Source of the DNA: Sanchytrium tribonematis
Taxonomy: Eukaryota
Length of the DNA: 54,881 nt
NCBI GenBank assembly: GCA_018985235.1
Contig: JADGIG010000010.1
Coordinates: 1 to 54,881, forward strand
Reading direction: 5' to 3'
The translations under genes and the position numbers were made by a program. The notes beneath the pieces were generated by a model, which saw only the letters and a program-made list of their open reading frames with translations, ran no database searches and had not been told where the DNA came from. The number at the start of each line of letters is the position of its first letter. Position 1 is the first letter of the stretch. Positions 10,224 through 22,400 of the stretch are shown one piece after another.

Positions 10224-11822
10224 ATGATATTTAACAAACTTTATAGGTTGAAAGACATATTCACACCATTACCATTGGAATTTCAGACTTGGATTGTTGA
10301 GCAGACTCGCAAATATCACGCGATATTGATCATTGCACATGCTGTTTCTGTAATTTTACTTACAATTTTTGATATTATATCTAAAAAAATTGAATTTCAA
10401 TATCCTTTTCGCTTAGCTTACTTAGCAATTGACTTATTTCTACTTGGTATGTTTAAAACGAAATTTGTAAAACATATTGATGTCTTTATTATGTTTGGCT
10501 TATCTTTTGTGATTATACTAGCACGTATTAATGATGTTTATAGTTACAATCGTTCTCCACAGGATAATGACTCTATGGATATCACAAGCTATATCATTAT
10601 TCATGCCGCTACGACCCTTCCTCACTTCAGACAGTGGTATTACTGTTTTTTTATCCCAATTGTATTCTTGATAAGCTTTCCGGTTTCAAGGGCTTGTTTT
10701 GCACCTCAATTGGATTTTTTCAACAATGGAAGTGCTGTCATATATGTCCAAGCACTTCTTATTTGTTACGGAGCTGTTACAGCGCACTATATTAAATTCG
10801 AATTAATGGTTAGAAGCTACATTGCTGACCACAATTTGGGCAAACAGCAATCAACTTTCACAGAGCCGAGTAGTCTAACTTCTAAAGCTCTTGATATCTC
10901 ATTGGCAGAACAAACGGAATCAAATACAGCGGCTATTGACACAGAAAATCCAACAATAGAAAAAGAGCTTCAATCCGACGATTCCGTAAAAAAATCGCAA
11001 ACTGAATCAAACTTTAACACAAAAGAAAGGATACCTGGTGCCGAAAGGGAAAGAAGACCGAGCAAAAAAAACATTGAAATTTTGAAGAGACACGTAACAA
11101 CAGTCAAGCAGATTTCAAAGAATGCTCTAATTTCAAAAAAATTCCACGATCCGAATTGGGAATCAAAATGTAAATTTATAGACTTTCGAGATACTCTTCG
11201 TGTTTTGCGACGGTCTTTGCCGCTAGCTAGTTTTGCAGCTACAGTCGGAGCTGTAGTTCAATTTAGCATCGGATCTCAAACTCTAGCAAGCGTTTTGTTG
11301 ATTATTTTTATGCAAGGCGTCACATTTTTACTTTTTGGTGCTTTGATATTTGTGATCATCAAGACTTTAAAAATTCAGTTTCCCAAAAGAACAGAAAAAG
11401 ACAATATTTCAAATATGCCTGTAGATCTTACCATATATAAAAAGAATAATACCTTGGAGGCGCTGATATTTGCTGTATCCGTTATTGCTATTAACTGTTT
11501 TATGATTTCCTTCAACACCTTTGGAAATCAACAAGAAGTTTTTGCTACGTATATTGATTGCGTTACTACATTTAGAATGAGGCGATCTTCTTTGCTCTTT
11601 TTCACTTTGACAATGTTAACGGAAGGCATTGTATTGTATGCCACATTCAAGTCATCATTTCCAGCTTTGTCTTCTGCATATATGGAGATCGTTAAAGCTT
11701 TGGCTTTTGGTGCTGTAGAAGGCGTTATAATTGGATACTACCTGATCTATCTTAGAAGGACCTTATTTGAAAAGAATGCCAAGTTAGACACAGCCTCGTC
11801 TCAATCAAATTCAAACGTTTAA
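10224..11822 (+). CDS. Hypothetical polytopic membrane protein (two hydrophobic blocks joined by a hydrophilic linker)
   Basis: 532-aa ORF with two clusters of about 5-6 hydrophobic segments. Confidence 0.75.
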   Translation: MIFNKLYRLKDIFTPLPLEFQTWIVEQTRKYHAILIIAHAVSVILLTIFDIISKKIEFQYPFRLAYLAIDLFLLGMFKTKFVKHIDVFIMFGLSFVIILARINDVYSYNRSPQDNDSMDITSYIIIHAATTLPHFRQWYYCFFIPIVFLISFPVSRACFAPQLDFFNNGSAVIYVQALLICYGAVTAHYIKFELMVRSYIADHNLGKQQSTFTEPSSLTSKALDISLAEQTESNTAAIDTENPTIEKELQSDDSVKKSQTESNFNTKERIPGAERERRPSKKNIEILKRHVTTVKQISKNALISKKFHDPNWESKCKFIDFRDTLRVLRRSLPLASFAATVGAVVQFSIGSQTLASVLLIIFMQGVTFLLFGALIFVIIKTLKIQFPKRTEKDNISNMPVDLTIYKKNNTLEALIFAVSVIAINCFMISFNTFGNQQEVFATYIDCVTTFRMRRSSLLFFTLTMLTEGIVLYATFKSSFPALSSAYMEIVKALAFGAVEGVIIGYYLIYLRRTLFEKNAKLDTASSQSNSNV

Positions 11823-12345
11823 ATAAATTTTGAATTTATAAGCGAGATTATTAATCGATGGCTTGTCATCCAAAATGGGTCATCACTATTTTCAATCCTT
11901 AAAACTTTAATCCTTGAAACTTAAACAAAATATGTACATTCCGTATTTTTCTTTCTCAAATATAGTTAAACAATGTTTAATTGTCCTTCTTAAGGTACGC
12001 GACTGGGCTATCATAAAGAATGAATTATTTGAAATTAATAGCGATTTGGATTTGAAACAAAATGAGGTTTATTTAGTCATGAACCAATTTTTGTTACTCG
12101 TGGTCCACCATCCTTCTTTGTTGACTAAATAATCTATCAAACCCTTGGTGCTGCACAAAAATTGATATCAAGTTACTCAATTAATCGAGGTAAAATATTG
12201 TATTGTTCAATGTTGAAAGCTAAGCCTCAGAGTTATTCACGTGATTTGTAAGCACAGACTACATGTGACAGCTAGCTAGCGAATCATTACGCGCCTTGGC
12301 AGTATAAAATACGCTTGTATGCCGAAACTACGCGAAGCCATTTCA

Positions 12346-15205
12346 ATGAGTCAACAAGACGAAAAGAAAGAAAACCGTAAAAGCAAGGTTGCTGGCGCTA
12401 TTAAGGGTGCTGGCGACACTTTGAAAAACAACGCTGCAGTAAGCAAAGTTGGAACAATGACCAAAACTTTTAAAAAAGGTCCACAAGAAGCAGTTGACTT
12501 GTCACAATTGGATGCAAGCAAAATTAAGGTTATCGAGAGAAAACACAAGAACCGAACCTATATGTTTGCGATCGAGGAAGATGCTCAATTTTTTGACCAA
12601 CTAGCTGCTGAATCTGTAAATACACCATGGGAGCGATTATTGGAGAAATATTACACTAATGATTGTCCAAACAAACGATTAGACGCGATCGTAACCTCTT
12701 TATACGAAGATAGAAATCCTGACTGGGTTTTTCAATTAAATGATCCAAATGCTCCAGCTGGTCCATCTAAGAAAGACCAGATGAAAAAGAAAGCTAAATT
12801 AAAGGTGAAGGAAGTGACTGAGGATGAGAAAACTATTAAAGCACATGCTGAGCATGAGTTGTTAAAAGGATTATTGTTAGAAGACTTGATCGTTGTTCAA
12901 GAAGAACTTTACTGGTTTGTATACACTCCGTTCGACAAACTCTGTGGAGAGGCACAAGAAATGCAATTAAGATTAGACCTTGATTTCGACACTTGGAAAG
13001 AATTATATGAAAAGGCAAAGAAGGACGCTTTAGAGGATGTAATCGCCGCCGACCAGAAAGAAAAAGCTGGTGGAATTGGAGCAAAAATTAGAGTCGCTGC
13101 AAGAAATATTTCTAAAGAAGCCAAAGATGAGGTTGGAAATTATTTGGGTAATATTATGCAAAATTTTACTGAAGTCAAAGTTGAAGACTACTCTATGTCT
13201 GCTAAATTTTACAAAGGAAAAATTTATGACTATCAAGGTGGTCGAAAACCAGGCTCTGCTGCAGATGACGATATTGCTGAGGACAAACACATTTTGTGTC
13301 GCCAATTTTTCAAAAATTTTCATAGAATTATGATTACAAACAACGTCATTGGAAAAATGCACGTGCATAATTATCCTCGACCAGGTTTGAAAACTACAGT
13401 TCAAAAATTATTATTGGACAAAGTTATTGCAGACAGTATGGTGATGCATGACTTGAATTGTAAAGAGGAAAACGACAAATTCCGAGAAGGAGTTGTTAAA
13501 AGGAGACTCCATTCCAAATGGGCACGAATTACTCGCATGTTTAGCACTCAGCCTTACGAGGATATCAGAAATTATTTTGGAGAAAAAATTGCTTTATATT
13601 TTGCCTTTATGGGTTTCTACATGAAATGGTTGATTTTTCCTTCAATTTTTGGAATAATCTCTTTGGTAATTGGTTTAAATAACCCTGATTTGGCTACAAA
13701 CATCACTGTTATCTTTGATACCCCATTTACAATGGCTTATGCTGTATTAATGGGATTATGGTCTACGACATTTTTAGAATTCTGGAAAAGAAGACAAAAC
13801 TTTTTGGCATATCAATGGAAAACTTGGGAATGTGAAGATGTTGAAATTGAGCGACCAGAGTGGTTTGCTACTGAAGTTGAATTTAGCACTGTAACCTGGA
13901 AATTAGAGAAAAGCTATCCTGGTACTTCATTCTAATTTAGAGGGCTGGCAAAGATTCCAAATTTTCACACATATGATCATGGTCGCCATTCTTATTTGCG
14001 TTGTGATTTTTGTGTATGTTGTAATTTTAACTTTAAAACCAGTTTTGAAGCAAGCTGGTGGTGGCGCTCCTGTCATCATGGGTCTTCTGAATGTAGTGGT
14101 TATTCAAATCATGGCAAAAATCTACGCTGGTATCAGCAAGAAATTGAATGACTTGGAAAATTATGCTACTGACACTCAACATGAAGATGCTTTGATTTAC
14201 AAGAGATACTTCTTCAAATTTGTCAATACCTATGCTGCTGTTTTATTTGTTGGTTTCTTTAAGGAAGATGCAATGCCTGCTATTGCAACCAACTGGTACG
14301 GTGTAAAAGACAGAGATTCGCTACATTGCATGAACTATTCTTGTTTCTTTGAACTTGCAATTCAATTAGTAATTGTGCTTCTTGTTTCTCAAACCATCTC
14401 TGCTTTGACTCAAATCATTATCCCAAAAATCAAAAATGCTGGTGTTAAGCGAAAGGCTAAGAAAGCTGGTGATGCCATCAAATCTTTGGATTACGAAGAC
14501 ATCGATGAGACTCAATTTACTGTCATCCAACGTGTTAAGATTCAACAAGGATTGGGAGTTTACGAATTTGATGAATACGAAGTGAAGATCCTCCAATTTG
14601 GTTTTGTTGTCATGTTCGGTGCTGCGCTCCCAATTGCTCCTATCTTTGCATTAATTGTGAACTTGTTAGAAACTAGAACTGATGCTATTAAAATTATGGC
14701 TGAATTTAGACGACCAGTTCCTGTCAGAGCTAAAGATCTTGGAAGTTGGTACACAATTTTGAGCGCTGTTAGCACACTTGCTGTTGTTATTAACGCATTT
14801 TTAATTGGTTATCAAAGCACATTATTCAGAACTCCTGATTATACAACTTGGGCTATTGACCAACAAAATTGTGTAGAAAATACTGATGGTGATGTTGATG
14901 CCGATGGAAACTATCCTTTAGTCTGTCAAAATCCTAGCGCTGATGTCTCCGTAGATGCGTTTAATGGATATACTTTTGCTAGACTGCAGTACAGATTTAT
15001 GTACATTGTGATCTTTGAACACTTAGTTCTAGCTGCAAAAGTTTTGTTGGCTGCTATCATTCCAGATATGCCAGCTGTTGTTGCAAATGGACTTGCAAGA
15101 GAAGCTTATCAAAATGAAAAGAGAGCTGCAGGTGATGACTTTGAGGAATACACCTTGACTTGCGATGATATCTTAGAAATCAGAGGAAACCGCAAGAAAT
15201 TTTAA
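12346..15205 (+). CDS. Anoctamin/TMEM16 family; 2 exons (to 13921, from 13941); start at 12346 or 12319
   Basis: Motifs QPYEDIRNYFGEKIALYFAF, FLEFWKRRQ, QFGFVVMF...PIAPIFAL.VNLLETRTDA.K and IVIFEH. Confidence 0.93.
13922..13940 (+). other. 19-nt intron GTACTTCATTCTAATTTAG
   Basis: Joins the two anoctamin ORFs in frame (YPEGWQRFQIFTHMIM). Confidence 0.93.
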
Positions 15206-15231
15206 GTAAATATTATGTGAACAAGCCACTT

Positions 15232-15609
15232 ATGTTTTTAGTAATTTCTAAAGGCTTTTCAGCAAACTTAGACGAAGCTTCTGATGGACCAAAGTCAATT
15301 GACAGCAGCAAGTATATTGAGTATTCAACTTTATTAATGATATTCGGTATATTTGTTGTTTTGGTAATCATGGCTTTAGCAGTATATGCATCGAAGCGGA
15401 AAAGAAACAAAATTAAGGACAATGAAGAATCTGTTTTGACAGACAAGGATGAAGATCAAGATATTTGGGAAACTGTACCCAGACATTTACTTGCCAACGA
15501 AGCAGCAACCCAAACTACACCAAAAAGCCCCAAGGCGCCCTTCCCACTAATTATTAGTGGTGCTCGAAGAACTTCGACGGTTCGGTCTCCAATAAATCGT
15601 GAAAATTAA
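15232..15609 (+). CDS. Hypothetical small single-pass membrane protein
   Basis: ATG at 15232; TM helix followed by KRKRNK. Confidence 0.6.
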   Translation: MFLVISKGFSANLDEASDGPKSIDSSKYIEYSTLLMIFGIFVVLVIMALAVYASKRKRNKIKDNEESVLTDKDEDQDIWETVPRHLLANEAATQTTPKSPKAPFPLIISGARRTSTVRSPINREN

Positions 15610-15658
15610 AAAAGTTGCTTTTTTAAAAAAAAGGTCAAAAAACCAAGCCTCATAAAAC

Positions 15659-17507
15659 ATGTCTTCTGAAGTGCCTGTTTTTTTACATTCAAAAAAAGTC
15701 AAAGATATACCATTTTGTGTATTGTTTTTATTAATGATAGTGGCCCAATTTGTAGTTTTATTCTTTGCAGCCAAAGATGGAAATCTAACCTATCTGACTA
15801 AGCCTTATGATTCTAATAACAACCTTTGTGGTGTTGATAATGGCCCAATTAATGGTCCAGACTACTCCAACAGACCATTTTTGTACTTCATTGATCCAGT
15901 GAAAGCTGCAAGTGGAAAATCAAAAACTGTTTGTTTAACTGAATGTCCCACAGAAAAAACAGTCGAATTCTCAAAGTCAATTTGTGTTGATGGAGTAAAA
16001 CCAGACAACCCAATAAGTTGGCAAACACAAATAGATGCAGGCAACTGTACGTCAATAGTATTTGATAGCAAGGTAGTATTGAATAGATGTATCCCAAAAG
16101 ATGCGAAATCTGTTACCACAGGAGTATTGGATAAGTCAGCATTATATAGCAGTGGCACCTCCTCGGCACAAGTAATTTTTGCCGACGTGACTTCGACATA
16201 TCCTTATATTTTGATCGCAATGGCTTTTAGTGTTGTAATTGCATTCGTTTACTTAATATTGCTAAATTATGTCACAGCGATAATGACATGGATATCGATT
16301 ATACTAGGGCAATTGATTTTAGCTGCAATGACTGTTTATTCATATTTTGAATACGCAAGTAGAGTTGAACTGGACAAGACGGAAACATCAGACCAAAATT
16401 CTTGGGAAATCAAAATTACTTTATCAGCTTTGATTATCCTTGGATTTTTTACGGTGCTTTACTTCTTTGTTCTGATTATCCTTAGAAAAAGAATAAATGT
16501 AGCTGTTGAGATCATCAAGGAATCGTCACAAGCATTAAGGCAAATGAAAAGTTTATTCATTTTACCAATAGCGACTGGAATCTGCCAATGCATTGCGATT
16601 GGATATTTTTTTGTAGTTGCCGCATTGTTGTTAAGCGTCGATAGAGTCCCGGGTAGTAAAATTCTTGGTGATAAAAATATTTACCAATACTTACAATGGT
16701 ACAACTTGTTCGGATTATTGTGGGGAGTCAGCTTCATTTATGGTGTTCATCAAACAACAATCGCTGGTTCGGTTGCAGCATGGTATTGGTCATTAAACAA
16801 AAAGAATATACCAAAAAATCCCACTATTATTTCATTTCTGAATGTGATTAAGTATTCGCTTGGAAGTATTGCTTTGGGCTCTTTCATCCTTGCTTTTGTA
16901 AGGTTTTTGAGACTAGTTCTAGTTTATTTGCAACGAACTTCAAAGTCCAAAAACTCCATGGTTAAGAAAGTTTTTTCTTGTTTGCAATGTTGTCTTGGGT
17001 GTATAGAAAAGCTAATTAAATTCATGAACAAGAACTCATATGTCGTAATTGGTATTTATGGAACATCATTTTGCAAATCCGCGCAAACCGCATTTGGTCT
17101 TTTATCGCGAAATGCACTTCGTTTGATTGCAATTGAGTCGGTTTCTGGATTTGTAATTTTCATTGGAAAAATGTTCATTTCTTTGCTTTCAACAGGTCTT
17201 GGGTACTTTCTAATTAGATATTTAGATAAAATTGGAACTATAATTGTGACATTTCCTCTGGTGTCAGCAGCTATAATTTTAGTATCTACATACGTGCTTT
17301 CGGGAATTTTCTTTGACGTGGTTGATATGGCTATAGGTAAAACTTATTAATTTAGACACAATTTTCATTTCATTTTGTGACGACGTCGAAAGAAACGATG
17401 GAAGTGCCGACCATCCTTATTTTATGTCTGACAGATTGAAAAAGATTGTTGGAGTAGAGGACAAGGCAAAAACAATTAAACAGTCTGAAGTGGAGGACAA
17501 GGCTTGA
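15659..17507 (+). CDS. Choline transporter-like protein (CTL/SLC44); 2 exons (to 17336, from 17356)
   Basis: Motifs DS.NNLCG, AGSVAAWYW and YSLGSIALGS; the spliced C-terminus reads IDTIFISFCDDVERNDGS. Confidence 0.93.
17337..17355 (+). other. 19-nt intron GTAAAACTTATTAATTTAG
   Basis: Restores the conserved CTL motif IDTIF..FC.D.ERNDGS. Confidence 0.95.
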
Positions 17508-17712
17508 AAAATAAAGTTCATAATTTAATATATTTTTGCGCTACTGAATTTGTGAAAGTCGACTATCTCACACTTGGTTTGCATCATCGAGTCTTGATCA
17601 TTTTTGTGCGTTCTCAAATTGCAACAATCCAATCACAAAGTCAATCATCAAATGGCCAATCAATACGCGTTTTTGTACAATAAATTGTGCAAAATCTCCT
17701 GCCATTTCAAAA

Positions 17713-18643
17713 ATGTTTGTAAATGTTATTTACGCACAAATTGCACACAATTCCAACTATAAATATGAATACGCTAGAAGCCATAGTTTGTATGCACCTT
17801 ACACAGAATTAGAATTAAGCAGCAAATACTGGGACTTTGGACAAGACACTGTTGTATTCACCCAGCTTGGTGTAAGACTAACTCCTGACTTTCAAAGTCG
17901 CAGAGGATGGTTATGGTCCAAAGAAAAAATTAGTGGTTCATTTGAAGTTGACCTTGAGTACAAGATACATGGACATGGACAAGGACTGTCTGGAGATGGA
18001 ATGGCATTTTGGTTTGTGGAAGACAAATTTGAAAATGGTGAAGCTTTAGGATATAAATCTAACTGGAATGGAATTTCTGTCATGTTAGACACTTATAATA
18101 ATGGAAGAAATGACTATTTTAGGCCACATGCTATAATGGGATTGTATAATGATAAATCCAAATATTACAATAAAGATGCCGATGGAAAAGAAATGAGTAT
18201 GGGTCACTGTAGTAAAAATTTGAGAAACAACGAAAAGGCAACCAGAATGCGAATTGTTTACATAGAAAAACAAAAGTTCCAAGTTTTCCACAACAAGGAA
18301 TCATGGGCGGATTGGGAGTTATGCTTTGAGGTAGACATGTCGAGCAAAACGATGCCAAAAGAAATGTTTCTCGGATTTACTGCAGAGACTGGTGGGTTGA
18401 CTGATAATCATGACGTTGTATCAATTAATACAAACAAAATCACTTTGAATGTAATTTGGAATAATTTAGTCTGGTGGAAGCTCGTACCAAGATACAACTG
18501 GCTCCACTTTTGGAAGTGGTAACAAAGAATCCTCATTGTTGTGGAATTCAATCAGAATTTTGTTATTTGTTCTGCTCATATTCGTAGTTGTTGTAGCTTA
18601 TAGATCCTTGTCAAAAACAATGAATCAGTCCAAGAGGTTTTAA
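17713..18643 (+). CDS. L-type lectin cargo receptor (VIP36/ERGIC-53 family); 2 exons (to 18450, from 18470)
   Basis: Motifs GDGMAFW, DTYNN and GFTAETGGLTDNHDV. The spliced form gains a TM helix and a C-terminal SKRF* sorting tail. Confidence 0.92.
18451..18469 (+). other. 19-nt intron GTAATTTGGAATAATTTAG
   Basis: Restores the TM helix and KRF tail. Confidence 0.93.
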
Positions 18644-18684
18644 TAAATCTGTGAAAAAACTAGGAGATTTTGTGAAACTACTGA

Positions 18685-19098
18685 ATGTCATTTTTCTCAA
18701 ATTTGCTTGATAAACTTCGAAGCGGCAACTTCACGTATCTTGGTAATATGAGTGCTTGGCTAGGTGCTTTATTTGGACTTATCGGAAGTATTATAAATAT
18801 TCTACCGTTTGGAATCCTTGGTCTTGTTCTAGTTTTCATGACGGCTATGATCGAATTCCCAGTGTGTAAATACCTCTGCCCCGTAAGTGAAAAGTGTACC
18901 GCGTTTGCTGAATTTTTTAAAAAGAATGCCTGGCGCGCCATATGGTTTATTTTAAGTGGTGTCATATTCTTCTGCCTAACAGGGGTGTTTTTCTCACTTG
19001 CTGGAGTTTTTGACATTCTTGCTGGTTTGTTTTACGGTATTACCCAACTTAAAGGTTATTCGACTAGTAGTACAACAGGTGCTAGTGGTATAGTTTAA
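18685..19098 (+). CDS. TVP18: Golgi membrane protein Tvp18/Flower family
   Basis: Motifs LRSGNFTYLG, IEFPVCKYLCP and NAWRA. Confidence 0.8.
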   Translation: MSFFSNLLDKLRSGNFTYLGNMSAWLGALFGLIGSIINILPFGILGLVLVFMTAMIEFPVCKYLCPVSEKCTAFAEFFKKNAWRAIWFILSGVIFFCLTGVFFSLAGVFDILAGLFYGITQLKGYSTSSTTGASGIV

Positions 19099-19105
19099 AT
19101 AAATT

Positions 19106-19369
19106 TTATTGTGCTTGTTCAAAATTAGGATTTTCAGTTTTTAATAGTTTTTGATAATCTAGTAATGCTTGATACCGAGTCTCATCGTTGTTGTAAAGTA
19201 TCAGGCATTCATTCATTTCATTGTATAGCGATCTGCATTTGAACGGCATGCTTAAATATTTGTCTTTCGAACATTCCATGAATGCTTTCATGTATATATC
19301 GCATTTTTTGTACGCTTCAACTCTAACCTGCTTCATAATAAAATCTTGCTGTTTGTTTGATAGCAACAT
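19106..19369 (-). CDS. CMC1: Twin CX9C COX assembly protein, Cmc1-like (87 aa)
   Basis: Real start is the ATG at 19369; EAYKKC-x9-C...FKC-x9-CL. Confidence 0.8.
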   Translation of the reverse strand: MLLSNKQQDFIMKQVRVEAYKKCDIYMKAFMECSKDKYLSMPFKCRSLYNEMNECLILYNNDETRYQALLDYQKLLKTENPNFEQAQ

Positions 19370-19409
19370 AAAACAAAAGGGCCAAAACAATAATTTGTAC
19401 AATTTATTA

Positions 19410-22400
19410 TTATTTCGTAAAGGCATCTTTACCATGGTCTTTTTTCTTTTTAAGATCCGGAGAGGATGGAGATAAATACTCTTTATGCTGACCAGGTGAA
19501 CTAGAGGTGACTTCCAATCTTGGGATCGATCTACCCTTTTCTTTCTCCTCGGGTATATCTTCCATAGGTTCAGCAACCGTCGGACTATTTTCAAACATTT
19601 TAAGAATTTTTTTCTGAGGATCTTTAAATAGAGAAGATGCTTTTGTAAACGAAAGATATTTAAGGACTCCACTTTCTTGTGAAAAAGCGAATCCAGTATT
19701 GCTTTCCACCTTCATAGAAGAGGCATTTAGAATTCTTGTGTTTCTGTGTCCTTTAATGCTCATTTGCCTACTTAATGTAGACGACGCTTGCGATATTTCA
19801 CTCACAACACTTTCTGGTGATGGTATAACCGGACTTACAATTGGTAAATCCGTCAACAGATGAGCTGGAGGTGCTGGTGCCACTACAATCTCTTCCTCTT
19901 TATGACTGTCAAATCTGTCTTTTTCTGCTTGAACCAACTGTATTTCTCTAACAATGTCTGCGTTCTTAGGATTGAATATACTATTCCAAGAGCAAATCAC
20001 TAATCTTGGCATAATTGCTAAAAATACAGTTAATAAGGACATGAAATAGAACGAAGGCTGTTGGTATAATAGAAGCCCTAGTCCATAAGCAGTGCCACTG
20101 ACTGTGTATGGAAGACTGGTGTAAATTGGAATGATGATAAATAACGAAAAAGCAGAAGCGACCAATCCTATTGTTACCCAGGTATTCCACATCCTAATGT
20201 CTAAACCTACACTCATATTTGCAGTAACGATAATTGGTATACTCACAAGTGCACCGAAATAGTCAGTTGAGTCCCCAGCTCCATAATATGTAGTATCGCC
20301 TGCATAGGTGATGAAATAGATTCCGAAAAAGGTGACTGAAGAAGCCCAAGCGGCATCTAAGATATAAATCAAAAATCTTTTCCAAGAAAAATAGTAATGA
20401 TCTTGATATAATTGCGGGTACATATAAGAATATTCTTTGTTCACATCTAAATCAAAGACTCCTAATAGTAGCACAGGACAAAGTGTGAGGAATACGTTAT
20501 AGATTAATAAATAAAAGTAATCAAATAGAAAAATGGTGCTAAACCCACAAAAGAATTGAAAGTAAAAGAGGCAGAAAACCCATACACAATTCTTGTAGAA
20601 AAAGTTCACTATCAAACCACTGACACGCATATATGTCCATCTGCCATGGACAAGAAGTAGTTTTTTAAGAAATCTAAATTGACTTATTGCAAAATCACTA
20701 GACATGGCTGCTTGCATGCCTTCGACACCGGCAATACCGACTCCTATATTTGCTTCCTGAATCATCGAGACATCATTGGCACCATCACCAATCGCTAAAG
20801 CAAGGATTTTTCTTCTATTTTTAATTAATGCCACCACGTCTGCTTTTTGTCTTGGACTTACTCTACAACAGATTACACTCTTACACATCATTCCATGATC
20901 TGCAAATTTGCTTTTAATATCTTCATCTTCAAAGACTAGCTTTAAAGAATGTCCATCAATAACCAAAGCAATGTTGGCCATTTGAACATCATCGGTGTCT
21001 TCCACAGAAGAATTGGAGAACGTACTTCTAACACTACTTATTAGATTCAATAGACACTTTCGCATCTCTTCTATATTGGTTGCTTGTATTACAATCAAAT
21101 TCATGTTTTTCGTGATCAAGTTACAGCTATACCCAATGTTTATGGCAGTCTCTACCTTGTCTCCTGTAAGCACCCATAATTTGATTCCAGCTCTTGCCAA
21201 AGTTGCAATGCAATCAGGGACACCCCGTTGAAGCTTATCTTCGATTGCAGTAGCTCCTAATAGCATCAAATTACGTTCGTATTTATCTGCAACTTGCTCC
21301 ATCTTCTCGTCTCTCATATCGAAGCTTGTTGCAGCTTCATTCATTTCTTGAGCAAACTCGTTGTACTGTTTAGGAGAAAGCTCTCGATATGACATACAAA
21401 GAGTACGAAGACCTTCGTTCGCAAATATTTCTAAATGATTTAAAGTTGTACTTTTCATTTCTTCTTGTCCGGGAGCTAGTCTTTCATATATAATAGAATC
21501 AGCACCTTTTGTAATCATGTAGATTTTTTTATCAATTTCAATGATAGCCGTCATTCTCTTTCTTGCCGAGCTAAATTCTATAATATTTAAAATAGGCACT
21601 CTTTGCTCCTCGCCATAAACGTCCAAAATGGCTTCGTCGTTTTGAACTCCTAAAAAAGAAAATCCCATGTCCCTGGCGGTTGTGACTAAAGCTGCTTCAT
21701 CGGGAGATTGTGCTTTGTATTGAATTGGAAGGTTTGTTTTATCAACAATGACAGTGTGACAAAGACCTAAAAAGCAAAAGAATTGCCTAATTTTGTCTGG
21801 ATGTCCTTTTTCTATTACTTCTTCTGGTAGCTCTGTGTCCTTCAAATGATCAATAATACTCAAATCAACAAATTGAGGTAATTTTGTAGTTACATTGGTT
21901 GCTTGAGTCACACTGCTTCCCAAGCGAGGTCTTCCTGGATGCGAATCGATTGTCAAAGACGTTTCGGTCGAATGATTTTTCTTTATAGAGTACAAAGTTT
22001 CTAATCGTTCCATCATTTCATGCCCTAGAAGGTCCATAGTTTTATGAACCTTTTGACGCACAAGGGTATTTTGGTGTAAACTCTCAACACTAGCGTTTTC
22101 AACTTTTGCAGGAAACTTTTCCTTGACGACGTCTTCCGTCAAACCATAAGCTACTCCATTAATTGAACATCTTCTAAACTCCATGACATTTTGAGTCAAA
22201 GTTCCCGTTTTATCACTAAAAATAAATTGAATTTGACCGAGATCGTCGCCAATTGTCCATGATTTTGGGACCGCGGGCTGATCAGCGATAGCTGGTTGTT
22301 CTGGTATACCGTCATGAGCCGCTCTGGCCTTTTGTCCTCTTCGAGTTAAATCTACATCCTTCAAGATAAAATAAGCGGAAATTATTTTAACAAATTCAAT

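Noticed and set aside
11823..12318. Possible gene or ncRNA in the ~500-nt gap (72-aa ORF)
   Set aside because: No ATG-led convincing ORF, consensus intron or RNA motif was found by eye; left unassigned.
19370..19672. N-terminal extension of Cmc1 overlapping the flippase
   Set aside because: Cmc1 similarity starts at the ATG at 19369; the extension is an alternate frame of the flippase tail.
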